Source: a virus (lineage: Duplodnaviria; Caudoviricetes). From it: a DNA stretch of 46,794 nucleotides. Positions 36,013-44,912 of the stretch are shown in pieces (position 1 is the first letter of the stretch; each line of letters begins with the position of its first letter). The notes below the pieces were generated by a model. That model was not told the origin of the DNA, made no database searches, and worked only from the letters and a program-made list of their open reading frames with translations. A program made the position numbers and the translations under genes. The DNA lies in the IMG/VR virus record IMGVR_UViG_3300032290_001318, positions 1 to 46,794 of that record; one strand, given 5' to 3'.

Positions 36013-37261
36013 GGATTTTCTCGATAACGGAATAGAGGGCCTTGACGTCAGGATCAGCAACAAAGCTTTCCGGTGACCACCTGATGACCGCGAGGCCTTC
36101 CGGTCTCCTGACTCGTGACATCGCGACGTAGGCCTGTCCCGGTTCCCACAGATTAGAGAGGTCTACAGCGGCTCGGTCTAGGGTGGCTCCCTGTGACTTG
36201 TGAATTGTCACAGCCCAAGCAAGCTGTACAGGAAACTGACGGATTTCGGCGAGTGATGCTCCGTCCCAGCCTTTGATGCTGAAAGAGTGCCGAGACACCG
36301 AGAAGGAGTTCTCGCCTGGGTTACCGTTCGCGTCGGACAGTCGAATTGTGAGGGTCGACTGTCCGACCCTCTCGACGTATCCCGTCGTACCGTTTGCCCA
36401 GTGACCCTCGGGATGATTGACCCGGAACATGACGTAAGCACCTTCGGCTACTTGCAGGTTCATCGGCACCGGCATGGCAGCTTCGAGCGACTTGAGACTC
36501 CCCTCGTTACCGTCCTTGATGGCGACGAAGTTGCGTATCTCAGTGCCGAGGGCGAAGAGCTTGCGGTTGTTCCACTGATCCACGTCTGCACGCTTGGGCA
36601 GCAATCGCACCCAAGAGTCGTCTGGCGTAGGGTCGAGGCGGCTGTCGAGAAGGCTCACGACGTCATCCGTGAGTTCGCCGTTCCGAACCGACCTGAGGAT
36701 TCGGGCGAAAGCCTTGTCCTCGGTGCGCACTTGGGTGCGGAGAAGCGCCGGCGCAAACTTGGAGCGCTTCCAAGCCTCAGACATGAAGCACCAGTCATCG
36801 TTGATAGGTGGAAGCTGGCCTGCGTCTCCAACGACCACTACCTGCAAGCCTCCCCACGGCTCGTCTGAGTGTCTGTCGTGTCGGGCGATCGCCTCGATCT
36901 TGTCGAGGATAGAGGCGCCGATCATGCTGACCTCGTCGATGATCAGCACCTTGATGCTCTTGACAGCCTGAGCGCTCCTGCTCGTTGCAGAGCGGTTCTT
37001 CAGCAGGTCCTTGAGGGAGTCCTCGCCCCGACCGATGTTGAAGAACGAGTGTATGGTCCTGCCTCCCACCAAGAGCGCAGCCACACCTGTAGAAGCTGTC
37101 ACAGCGACTAGCTTCGGATTGAGCGTGCGCTTCCATGCCTCAAGCAACGTACTCTTTCCGGTGCCTGCATCACCTGTGAGAAATACGTTCTTTCCACTGT
37201 TAAGAAGGCTCATAGCATCTTCTTGACAAGGAGTGAGCTTCATTTTTGAGCGCTTAGCCAT
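35852..37261 (-). CDS. Pif1-like superfamily 1B helicase
   Basis: TGDAGTGKS, TGVAA, IIDEVSM, GDAGQLPP, QFPVQLAWAVTIHKSQGATL, GQAYVAMSR. Confidence 0.92.
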   Translation of the reverse strand: MAKRSKMKLTPCQEDAMSLLNSGKNVFLTGDAGTGKSTLLEAWKRTLNPKLVAVTASTGVAALLVGGRTIHSFFNIGRGEDSLKDLLKNRSATSRSAQAVKSIKVLIIDEVSMIGASILDKIEAIARHDRHSDEPWGGLQVVVVGDAGQLPPINDDWCFMSEAWKRSKFAPALLRTQVRTEDKAFARILRSVRNGELTDDVVSLLDSRLDPTPDDSWVRLLPKRADVDQWNNRKLFALGTEIRNFVAIKDGNEGSLKSLEAAMPVPMNLQVAEGAYVMFRVNHPEGHWANGTTGYVERVGQSTLTIRLSDANGNPGENSFSVSRHSFSIKGWDGASLAEIRQFPVQLAWAVTIHKSQGATLDRAAVDLSNLWEPGQAYVAMSRVRRPEGLAVIRWSPESFVADPDVKALYSVIEKIHDKRAAKRTDKASTSDEEVSTKEVEALVANLKEEGFNIPDMGLSVRVRPVVPQ

Positions 37262-37283
37262 GACAACCTTCGTTATAGACAAG

Positions 37284-37315
37284 AAAAAAGGCGCCAACTG
37301 TTGTCAGCGCCTTTC
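37284..37315 (-). terminator. intrinsic terminator upstream of the Pif1-like gene
   Basis: Minus strand AAAGGCGCTGAC-AACA-GTTGGCGCCTTTTTT. Confidence 0.75.
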
Positions 37316-37329
37316 GTTATTACAGCAAA

Positions 37330-37547
37330 CAGGCTTTCTCTGTCTACTTTTACTGTATAGCCGGCACCCCTTCAAGCAGGGGGTCTAACGGCGCCGGTTC
37401 GCCGGTGGTGAGCTAACGACTTCAAGTATGTAAGCATGACGCACTTTGCAGGGGAAGTCGCTGGCTTGTACGGGTCATCCGCAATCAGCCACCTTACGGC
37501 GCTGAACGATGCGACACCACGTCGCAATCGAGGAACACCCTGCCTTA
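37330..37547 (-). ncRNA. candidate structured non-coding RNA
   Basis: Gap with no ORF in the track, packed with hairpins (including GCC-GTAA-GGT and CCGG-CGAA-CCGG), ending at a terminator; no family recognised. Confidence 0.35.
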
Positions 37548-37727
37548 TTATTGTGTCTTGTCACGGCCGCTTAGATCGAGAAGCCTAAGCTCAAGTCTTC
37601 TGAAGTCTTTCACTGTCTCAAGATAAGCTCGGGCGATGTCTTTCAAGCACATCGCCATGCCCGCTTCGCTGCCTTCGGCTAGGATCAGCTTTTCCAGCTC
37701 CAATCCAAGTTTGTCTAGGTTCGACAT
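37548..37727 (-). CDS. small hypothetical protein (59 aa, below ORF-track cutoff)
   Basis: GGAG SD; MSNLDKLGLELEKLILAEG...DLSGRDKTQ*. Confidence 0.6.
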   Translation of the reverse strand: MSNLDKLGLELEKLILAEGSEAGMAMCLKDIARAYLETVKDFRRLELRLLDLSGRDKTQ

Positions 37728-37775
37728 GGTCGCTCCACCGCAGATGAACTCTCAATGACTACCACAGCGGTTTGA

Positions 37776-37991
37776 TCAGTGGTCACTGCTCGCGGCGACT
37801 GGCCGTTTCCAGAAGGCTCTCAGGAACTTACGCATATAGAGGTTCCCCTCGTCATCAACGACAGGTTCTTGGACCTCGATAACGCTTACAAGCTCCCAAC
37901 AAAAGCCTCTTGGCGGCTCCGGCATGCGGTTTAAGTCCGATGGGCAGCGCGTGTGGCTTTGCTCCCACTCATGAAAATACGTATGACCCAT
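37776..37991 (-). CDS. small hypothetical protein
   Basis: Abuts upstream gene; WELVSV...FWKR motif. Confidence 0.6.
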   Translation of the reverse strand: MGHTYFHEWEQSHTRCPSDLNRMPEPPRGFCWELVSVIEVQEPVVDDEGNLYMRKFLRAFWKRPVAASSDH

Positions 37992-37992
37992 G

Positions 37993-39261
37993 TCACTGCC
38001 CTTTATCCCGCCAGTTGTACTTCGGTTCGATCGGGTACTTCTTCATCATCTCGTCGTAGAAGTCCTCTTGAAGGTAGACTACTTTACGAGTTCCGGCCTT
38101 CTCAACACCCATCTTCACAAGGCGACGGGTCACGGTCACCACTCCGATACCTTTTCTCTGAGCATACTCGGACGGTGTTATGACTTTATCGCTCAGTCTG
38201 GCCGCCTTATCGAGAATGTCTGACGGTACTCGCCAGTGCTGTCCTGCGAGCTTTTCTGGGCGCTCCACGCCTAGCATTGCAAGCATCTTCTTCATTCGGT
38301 GCGGTAGGATTTCCAGACGCAGGCACGCCTGGTAGAAAGTCTCTGACTTGAGCCAGTCCTTAACGGCGTCGTCGATGTCGTCCGTCCGGTAGACCTTTTT
38401 ATTTACCTTGTTAATCAGTTTTTCCTGGCTTGCATCCACGCGCTTTGACCGCACGTTCCTGCCATGCAGCATTCTCTTCAGCTGATCAGGGTTGTACCCA
38501 GTACGCTTAGAGGCCGCCTCAAGGCTTTCATATCCCTGGGTGTACCCGTTCTGAAGGAGCCCAAGATGATATGCTCGCCTTCGCACTGAGTCGTATTCTC
38601 GGCCAAGGTCCTTGGCGATTGCTTTGACACTGCGCGTCTCGAACTCCCACTGGAGCTTGAGGTCATCCTTTTCGGACCACGGCTTATGCCCGCCTGCGGT
38701 GAGCTCGCTCTTTAGCCCCATAAGCTTGGCACGATGTCGTGCGGCGTCCGTGCTAATGCCGAGGGCTTTGGCCATCTTCGGTACGGAGACCTTATCCCAG
38801 TTCTCGCGCACATATTGCGCCACGTCATCGCTCTTCAGGTCGAAGCACACGGGGAGCAGTTCGTGACACCACTCCTCGGTGTCGCTCATGCGGTACCGGC
38901 GCCAGAACCTGTTGTTGGCCCTTGAGGCGATGCACCGCACCGACTTCAGAGTCTCCACCTGCATGTTACAGCGCGCGCATACGAGGCTCTTGCACGGAGA
39001 CCCAGAAGGCGACGGGGGAGCGTCCCCCACCACCTTCCAGACATGCCTTGGCGGGGCCTTCTCACGCTTGCCGTTACTGCACAACGGCAGGGGCTCACGG
39101 CATTTCAGACGCTTACCGTTCAGGTAGCGGTCGGCGGCCGTATGGCTGGGACCAAATCCTGACTTGTGATCCACTGCAAGATCGCATTTCACGCATACGG
39201 AGACGCTGCGCCCATTTTCCTTGGGCGACGTCATCCAGCTATGAGCCCACGGTACAGGCAT
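37993..39261 (-). CDS. DNA-binding protein with repeated H-W/CxxC modules and multiple HTH repeats
   Basis: HSW..CVKC and HVW..CARC; SVPKMAKALG.S..A.R.RA..MGL and SVKAIAKDLGR..DSVRRRA..LGL; GAGG SD before ATG 39261. Confidence 0.7.
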   Translation of the reverse strand: MPVPWAHSWMTSPKENGRSVSVCVKCDLAVDHKSGFGPSHTAADRYLNGKRLKCREPLPLCSNGKREKAPPRHVWKVVGDAPPSPSGSPCKSLVCARCNMQVETLKSVRCIASRANNRFWRRYRMSDTEEWCHELLPVCFDLKSDDVAQYVRENWDKVSVPKMAKALGISTDAARHRAKLMGLKSELTAGGHKPWSEKDDLKLQWEFETRSVKAIAKDLGREYDSVRRRAYHLGLLQNGYTQGYESLEAASKRTGYNPDQLKRMLHGRNVRSKRVDASQEKLINKVNKKVYRTDDIDDAVKDWLKSETFYQACLRLEILPHRMKKMLAMLGVERPEKLAGQHWRVPSDILDKAARLSDKVITPSEYAQRKGIGVVTVTRRLVKMGVEKAGTRKVVYLQEDFYDEMMKKYPIEPKYNWRDKGQ

Positions 39262-39265
39262 TTCC

Positions 39266-40189
39266 TCACCACCCCTGCTTAGTGAGCTCTCCGCCAATAT
39301 CCGGCGGCTTCCATCCCTCGGGCTTCAGATGCTTGCCGGTGCTCGGGTCCTTCGGCCCGCCGAGCTTAGCCATGTTGGCGCGATACACCGCCATCGCGAT
39401 GGGAGCGCCATCGATGCCGAGCTCCTGCCTTGTCCCCTCGACCACGAAATCGAGGTCGGCCATAGCGTCAGCTAGGGCGACCATGTCCACCTTGTCCGCC
39501 TTAGAGTCGTTTGTGATGTAGTACCAAAGCTTGCTCCTGATGTTTTTCTTCGTGTCGATGCCGCACGCATCCAAAAGCTCGCAGAATTCCTCTGTGATCA
39601 GAATCAGGCGAAGGTGCAGGATTTCGTCAGAGGGTACCTCAGGCTTTGCCGGGCGCTGCCGACCGATCATGGTCTGGAACTCGCTCACCTGATGCTGAAG
39701 CGTCTTTTCCCTTTCCTTGGGCTTCGGCTCGCTCTGGGAGAGCGCCGACAACTGAGCCTTGCTGGTGTCGATAGAGACCGCCACCGTCTGCGCGATGAGC
39801 TTCTTGGCCTCCAAGACAGCGTTTTCGAGGCACGCGATGTTGTAGTCGGTCTCGGGGTCGTACATCACGAGAGCCTCGATGAGGTCGACCACGACGGCGC
39901 GCTGCTTGTAATCAACCTTGGTGACGCCGCTGATGAGCGCATCCACAATGGCTTCACACTGCGTCGCGCTGACCTTCTCTGACCAGCCCACGTCCCGGCG
40001 CTTTAGCACACGCTCGGCGCACCAGACGGCCTTCTCGATGTCCTCGACGAACTTGCCCTTGTGAGGGGCGCGGCAGGCGTACTTCAGCGCATGGCCAAGC
40101 CATTGGCCCGCACCGTTGAGGATATCCATGGCGACAGCAACTTCGATGGCGCCATGGTTGTAGTGCTTCGGATGATCCACATTGGACAT
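39266..40189 (-). CDS. DUF3310 domain fused to MazG-like nucleotide pyrophosphohydrolase
   Basis: VDHPKHYN...KYACRAPHKG...EDIEKAVW; LITEEFCEL...ADAMADLDFV...ANMAK...GKHLKPEGWKPP. Confidence 0.8.
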   Translation of the reverse strand: MSNVDHPKHYNHGAIEVAVAMDILNGAGQWLGHALKYACRAPHKGKFVEDIEKAVWCAERVLKRRDVGWSEKVSATQCEAIVDALISGVTKVDYKQRAVVVDLIEALVMYDPETDYNIACLENAVLEAKKLIAQTVAVSIDTSKAQLSALSQSEPKPKEREKTLQHQVSEFQTMIGRQRPAKPEVPSDEILHLRLILITEEFCELLDACGIDTKKNIRSKLWYYITNDSKADKVDMVALADAMADLDFVVEGTRQELGIDGAPIAMAVYRANMAKLGGPKDPSTGKHLKPEGWKPPDIGGELTKQGW

Positions 40190-40710
40190 TACTTTACTTC
40201 CTTTCTAGCCAGATTCTTTACGATCTGACTCACGGTTGATGTTGATACGTTAAACTTCTTTGCAATAGAGCCTTGAGTGATGCCGAGCTTATGCTGGCGG
40301 CGTATCTCAAGCACGTCGGCGTCGGACAGCTTGGCGTTCTTGTGCCTTTCCCCCGATGATCGCTTGCTGGGCAGCTTTACACGCCCCTTTTCCCAGGCAT
40401 CCCTCATGTTATCCTGAGGAGTACCAAGGAAAAGGTGTCCAGGATTGACGCACCGAGGTGTGTCACAGCGGTGGCACACCACCATCCCAGACAAAGACAC
40501 CCCAGGGTTGTGGATGGCGTAGGATACGCGGTGCGCATAGGCAGGGACGCCACGGGAGGTATGCAGCGAGCCATACCCCTTTGTCGTAGAGCCCATCCAC
40601 AGCCAGCAGCCCGTAGCTTCATCCACGGAGAACTTGCCCTTGAAGCGCTCCGCAAGCTCGTCAATATCCTCTACCCAAGCCTCTTTGGTGAGAATGGCGA
40701 GGTCGCTCAT
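40189..40710 (-). CDS. HNH endonuclease with C-terminal HTH
   Basis: GCWLW.G..GYG..AHRVSY..VCHRCDTPRCVNPGHLFLGTPQDN; NAKLSDADV.EIR. Confidence 0.92.
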   Translation of the reverse strand: MSDLAILTKEAWVEDIDELAERFKGKFSVDEATGCWLWMGSTTKGYGSLHTSRGVPAYAHRVSYAIHNPGVSLSGMVVCHRCDTPRCVNPGHLFLGTPQDNMRDAWEKGRVKLPSKRSSGERHKNAKLSDADVLEIRRQHKLGITQGSIAKKFNVSTSTVSQIVKNLARKEVK

Positions 40711-40943
40711 GGCTTTTCAGCATGTCTGCTGGTCACCGCGCGTTTAGACAACGGCACCCAGGACATCTCGTTCGCGATCAGACTGATATATTGACGGGTT
40801 ACGCCGTACCGACGGGCAAGCTCGGCTTGTTTGATCCCGACGGCGAGCTGCTCACGGATAGCGACAACATCTTCTTCGTTCAGCTTGGTATTGGAACGCC
40901 GGCGTGTTTGCCGACGGTCTTCGGACGCAGGGGCTCTAGGCAT
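40707..40943 (-). CDS. stand-alone HTH protein resembling the HNH C-terminal domain
   Basis: NTKLNEEDVVAIR....GIKQAELARRYGVTRQYISLI; AGGAG SD. Confidence 0.75.
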   Translation of the reverse strand: MPRAPASEDRRQTRRRSNTKLNEEDVVAIREQLAVGIKQAELARRYGVTRQYISLIANEMSWVPLSKRAVTSRHAEKP

Positions 40944-41000
40944 CTTGCAACTCCTTTGATCTAAGAGCTTATTGCTAGATGCCTGACCCTGTTTCGTTTG

Positions 41001-41327
41001 TCAAGCGGAAACAGCCCAGCCCAGCTTTCGCTCAAAAACTGGCATGCCCATGTCGAAGGCGCGCATCGCCTCATGGAGCATCGCGTCCGTCCGGCCGAGG
41101 TCCGTATACATGACGATCGCATCGCAGCGGAGCAGCATGTCATGCCCGCACATCATATCGGGCTCGGCATCCACGGAGATGGGCAGGCCATCCGCACGCG
41201 AGAACAGCAGCGCCACGGCGATGGGCTGCTCGCCACGGTTGGCGGCATCCACCACGCACAGGCGGGCATAAGCGAGCGCCACGCGGGGATCGCCAGACAA
41301 CGGGGAGAGAAGATAGACGGTGTCCAT
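41001..41327 (-). CDS. nucleoside deoxyribosyltransferase-like Rossmann-fold protein (DUF4406-like)
   Basis: VYLLSPLSGD...RGEQPIA...LLRCDAIVMY.D.G.T..M..E...A...GMPV. Confidence 0.65.
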   Translation of the reverse strand: MDTVYLLSPLSGDPRVALAYARLCVVDAANRGEQPIAVALLFSRADGLPISVDAEPDMMCGHDMLLRCDAIVMYTDLGRTDAMLHEAMRAFDMGMPVFERKLGWAVSA

Positions 41328-41525
41328 GACCGCCCATAGCACGCAACGGGGATAGAAGGGCAAGAGGGGGCGGGCCGGGATCCCGCACCACCGGGGGATA
41401 GCCCGACCAGCCCATGGGGCTGTCTGTCCTTCACCCCGTCCCCTCCATACAACTCCGCGCGCCCATCCGCCAGTGGGGATAGGGGGATGGGGGAGTCAAG
41501 GTCAGGATCATCCCTCCGTTCCGGG

Positions 41526-41576
41526 ATCCCCCTCCCCCCATCCCCTCCCCCCATCCCCTCCCCCCATCCCCTCCCC
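41526..41576. repeat. tandem ATCCCCTCCCCCC repeats (about 4 copies of 13 bp)
   Basis: Directly visible; G-tracts on the minus strand. Confidence 0.9.
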
Positions 41577-42073
41577 ACAACCGCCAGACAGAGAATGTGT
41601 AGGGGGAGAGAAGGGAGAGCAGAGAGGGAGGAAGAAGGGAGGTTGATGTGAGGATGAAGGGAGGAAGGGAGTGCTCCTGATCATCACACCAGGGTCCGTA
41701 GGACCATGGGTTTAGACTATTGGGCAGCCCTGATTATCCCAAGCCCCCAGGCCTACATCCCCAAGCTCCGGGCATACTGCCCGCTACCCGCTTCGCGGGA
41801 TGTCGCTACCGTTCAGCAGCCTCCGTGCTCGGATGCACTCGCCCTTCGGCTGCCTCCGTCCGCGCTTGCTCGTCAGCGTCGCTTGCCTTCCCGGCGTTCG
41901 CCGATTGTCGCTGCGCGCCGCCTCCTTCCAAGCTGCGCAGCGGAGGCTGCACTACATTCTTGATTTTGTCAAGATGAATCGCCCAGGCCCGCGCACGAAG
42001 CCGTTGTCAGTAAAATCAGGGGTCGTGCGGGGCGGGTCTCTCGTGATCAAATCTGATTATTTGCTGGATTATT

Positions 42074-42319
42074 TTAATCCCTGCCAGACATTTCCTCTGA
42101 AGAAATAGTCGGCTGGGACTTCTTTTTCGAATATCCAGAAATAATCGGGTCGCTGGCTTGCTCTGCTTTTAATCGAGCATCGATCAATTTCGCCATCGTG
42201 ACCATCGCCTCTCTTTTCTGGTCTACCCTCTCCCTCAGGCGACGCACGATGATCTGTTTGAGCTCCTCTCCTTCTCTCTTCTCTCTAGCTTCCCTTCTCT
42301 TCTTAGCCTTGCCTGCCAT
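42074..42319 (-). CDS. small basic hypothetical protein
   Basis: GGAAGG SD-like; K/R/E-rich helix. Confidence 0.55.
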   Translation of the reverse strand: MAGKAKKRREAREKREGEELKQIIVRRLRERVDQKREAMVTMAKLIDARLKAEQASDPIISGYSKKKSQPTISSEEMSGRD

Positions 42320-42395
42320 GACGCACCACCTTCCCTGATCTTGAATTGCAGCCCATGACTGCTACAGGTCTTACCTAACATAAAGGAGCCTGACC

Positions 42396-43523
42396 TTGAC
42401 CGATTTCAGCAACGTTGCCAATGCCCTTACCCAGGAGGCCGCCGCGTCTGCGGACAAGAGCGGGGCTCCTCCGGTGATCTTCAACCATGCGCTCTTCAAG
42501 CGCGTCTTCCAGCTTCAGGAAGCGCTCTCGGGTACTGTCCTTGTCGGCGAGCCGACGGACGGAAACCTGACCGTCTCTGCTTCCAACACGACGAGCGGCC
42601 CCCTCACCTCGGGCGCGCTTACCCGTGACGCTTATTTCGACACGCTTACCCTCGCAGCGAGTGGTGCCATCAACACCGCAGGCTACAGGCTCTTCGCCCG
42701 TACCCTCAATCTCGTTGACGCAGACGCAAACGCCATTCACTGCAACGGTAACGCGGCTGTGACCGCGACCGCCGGCGCGGCCCGCTCTGCTTCGACGTTC
42801 GTCGCGGCTTCGGGTGCTGGTACCAACGGCGCCACGGGCAGCACGGGTGCAGGTGCTCAGGCCTCGGCTCCCTCTGCTGTTGCTCTCGGCAACGGCGGCG
42901 CTGGTGGCCAGGGTTCGGCGGGTGGTCTCGGCTCGGCCGGTGCTGGCGGAGCTCTCCGCGCTGGTGCAGCGGTCTCGGCCAACTTCTTCGTCAACCGTGC
43001 GATCCTCGATGGCCGTGTTGCTGGCGCGACCCTCGTCGCCGGTGGTGCTGGTGGTGCTGGTGGTGGCGCTGGTGGCGGTGACTCCACCAACAGCGGTGGT
43101 AACGGCGGCGGCGGTGGTGGCGGAGCCAGCACGGTTCTCGTTGCTTGCCAGAACCTCTACCTCAGCACGGGCACGCCTGCAGGCGTGATCTCCGCTGTCG
43201 GTGGTGCGGGTGCGAACGGCGCTGCGGCCACGACCGGTAACTGCGGCGGCGGTGGTGGTGGCGGTGGTGGCGGTGGTGGCGAAGTGGTCTTCGTCTACGG
43301 AGCGAAGGCTGTCGCTGTTGACGTCCCCGGCCTTTGCCGCGCGACTGGTGGTGCAGGCGGAACCGGCGGTGCCAAGATCGGAACCGGCGTTGTCGGCAAT
43401 GACGGTGTCGGCGGTACCGGTGGGCGCGTCAGCGTCTTCTGCCTCTCGACCGGCGATGCGACCATCCAGGCTGGTGCAGCCGGATCGGGCGTGACCGGCG
43501 GCGCATGCAGCGTGACCGTCTAA
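42396..43523 (+). CDS. glycine-rich protein, probably virion-associated
   Basis: AAAGGAG SD before TTG; strongly C/T-ending codons; G..GGGGGGG motifs; followed by a terminator. Confidence 0.75.
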   Translation: MTDFSNVANALTQEAAASADKSGAPPVIFNHALFKRVFQLQEALSGTVLVGEPTDGNLTVSASNTTSGPLTSGALTRDAYFDTLTLAASGAINTAGYRLFARTLNLVDADANAIHCNGNAAVTATAGAARSASTFVAASGAGTNGATGSTGAGAQASAPSAVALGNGGAGGQGSAGGLGSAGAGGALRAGAAVSANFFVNRAILDGRVAGATLVAGGAGGAGGGAGGGDSTNSGGNGGGGGGGASTVLVACQNLYLSTGTPAGVISAVGGAGANGAAATTGNCGGGGGGGGGGGGEVVFVYGAKAVAVDVPGLCRATGGAGGTGGAKIGTGVVGNDGVGGTGGRVSVFCLSTGDATIQAGAAGSGVTGGACSVTV

Positions 43524-43542
43524 TAGCCAGACGGTAGAAAAC

Positions 43543-43574
43543 AAAAAAGCCTCGGTGGGAACCGAGGCTTTTTT
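43543..43574. terminator. bidirectional intrinsic terminator
   Basis: AAAAAAGCCTCGGT-GGGA-ACCGAGGCTTTTTT between convergent units. Confidence 0.9.
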
Positions 43575-43901
43575 GTATCAGCGGGCCTCAGGGGCCTCAT
43601 GGAGCAGAGAGGGGCGAACCTCGTAAGTCCTTAGCAGCTTATACAGCCCAGACAAAAGAGAACCAAACCAGGAAAGTCTCAAGATCCTAAAAGTCCGTAA
43701 GGACAAAAAGAAACAAAAGAACAAAACAGGGATCAGATCACACAGACCAAAAGCCAATGCGAAAAGAAAAGGAACTCAAAAGTCTGAGATGTAAGAGATG
43801 CAGCTGATAACCAAGCAGGTGACCCCGCGAGGTGAGAGGGGTTGTACAGAGGGCTTCCGATGGGTGCAACAGAAAAAATGAGGCACCCCCAAACTTTTTC
43901 A

Positions 43902-44132
43902 CTAGCCCTTCAAACTATTGCGCTTTTTGGGCGCCAATTTTCTCTCAGCCCATTCGAGGAGCATCTCAAGGTCGTACGAATCGACGGCCACGAGGTCGCT
44001 TCCATGAAGGTTCGAGGCGACGTGCAGCTCGCTCTGCATTTCCTTCACGACCCGGTAGAGCCGGATCCGATTATCCACGATGTAATGCGCCTCTGTGGAC
44101 AGCCTGTTTGCAAGATTCACATCGCTCGCCAT
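43902..44132 (-). CDS. small hypothetical protein
   Basis: 76 aa, short overlap with upstream gene. Confidence 0.5.
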   Translation of the reverse strand: MASDVNLANRLSTEAHYIVDNRIRLYRVVKEMQSELHVASNLHGSDLVAVDSYDLEMLLEWAERKLAPKKRNSLKG

Positions 44133-44908
44133 TTCTTCAGCTCCTTCCAGTGTTTCGACTCAGCCCGGCAGCCCTGATGCTTGTACTTCAAGCCGTTGGC
44201 CGCCATCGCCTCGGCGGTGGCCCACTTCGCCTCGCCTTTACAGTCGTTCTTTTTCGCCATGTGCTCGACCCGTGACCAGTAGCAGGTGCCTGCGATCAGA
44301 AGATCGTCGTACACGATCGGAGCGGTGGGTAGCCCACACCAGCCCCAGAACCACGCCTGCATCTGGAAAGGTCCGAAGCTGTGAGCCACGCCACCGTGAA
44401 AATCACCACGGATGGGACGGTCTGATCGCATCGCCCCTTCCCAGCACCATGTGGCGATGAGAAGGCCCTCGGCCTCCTTGGGAACTCCAAGCTCACCTTC
44501 GAGACGGTGGAGGGCGAGAACCTTCCATGGGTCGGCCACCTGATGCACCTGTCGCTCGCACTTGTCGATAGCCGTCTCGACAGCAATTCTTTCTTTCTCG
44601 GAAGGTGCTTCTTCTAGTAGTACACCCATATGATCTGGAGCGATGTACTCAGCAATACACATCGGGCCAACACCAACGGTCTTGGTTCCTGTGTCGGCTT
44701 GCTCCTCTTTCACGGGTTCTGGAGCTTTCACAACAGGCCGTCGCTTCAAGTCTTCGATCATTGGTGGTGGCTCAGCCCTGGATACGCCTGTATAGGCGAT
44801 CATGGCAGCCGCAGAGATGGTCAGACCAATGATGATCACGGACCAGAAAATGATACGGTCACGAAGGTAGCGACCGGTCAACTTATCGACATCGTCGTTC
44901 AAGGACAT
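44117..44908 (-). CDS. membrane-anchored lysozyme/lytic transglycosylase-like protein
   Basis: N-terminal TM; LLIATWCWEG (candidate catalytic Glu) ... GD....SFGPFQM. Confidence 0.55.
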   Translation of the reverse strand: MSLNDDVDKLTGRYLRDRIIFWSVIIIGLTISAAAMIAYTGVSRAEPPPMIEDLKRRPVVKAPEPVKEEQADTGTKTVGVGPMCIAEYIAPDHMGVLLEEAPSEKERIAVETAIDKCERQVHQVADPWKVLALHRLEGELGVPKEAEGLLIATWCWEGAMRSDRPIRGDFHGGVAHSFGPFQMQAWFWGWCGLPTAPIVYDDLLIAGTCYWSRVEHMAKKNDCKGEAKWATAEAMAANGLKYKHQGCRAESKHWKELKKWRAM

Positions 44909-44912
44909 AATT

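Noticed and set aside
41526-41576. Possible CRISPR-like array
   Set aside because: Simple tandem repeat with no spacers and no cas genes
42375-43544. 389-aa minus-strand Thr/Ala-rich ORF
   Set aside because: Mirror of the Gly-rich gene, which has the SD and codon bias
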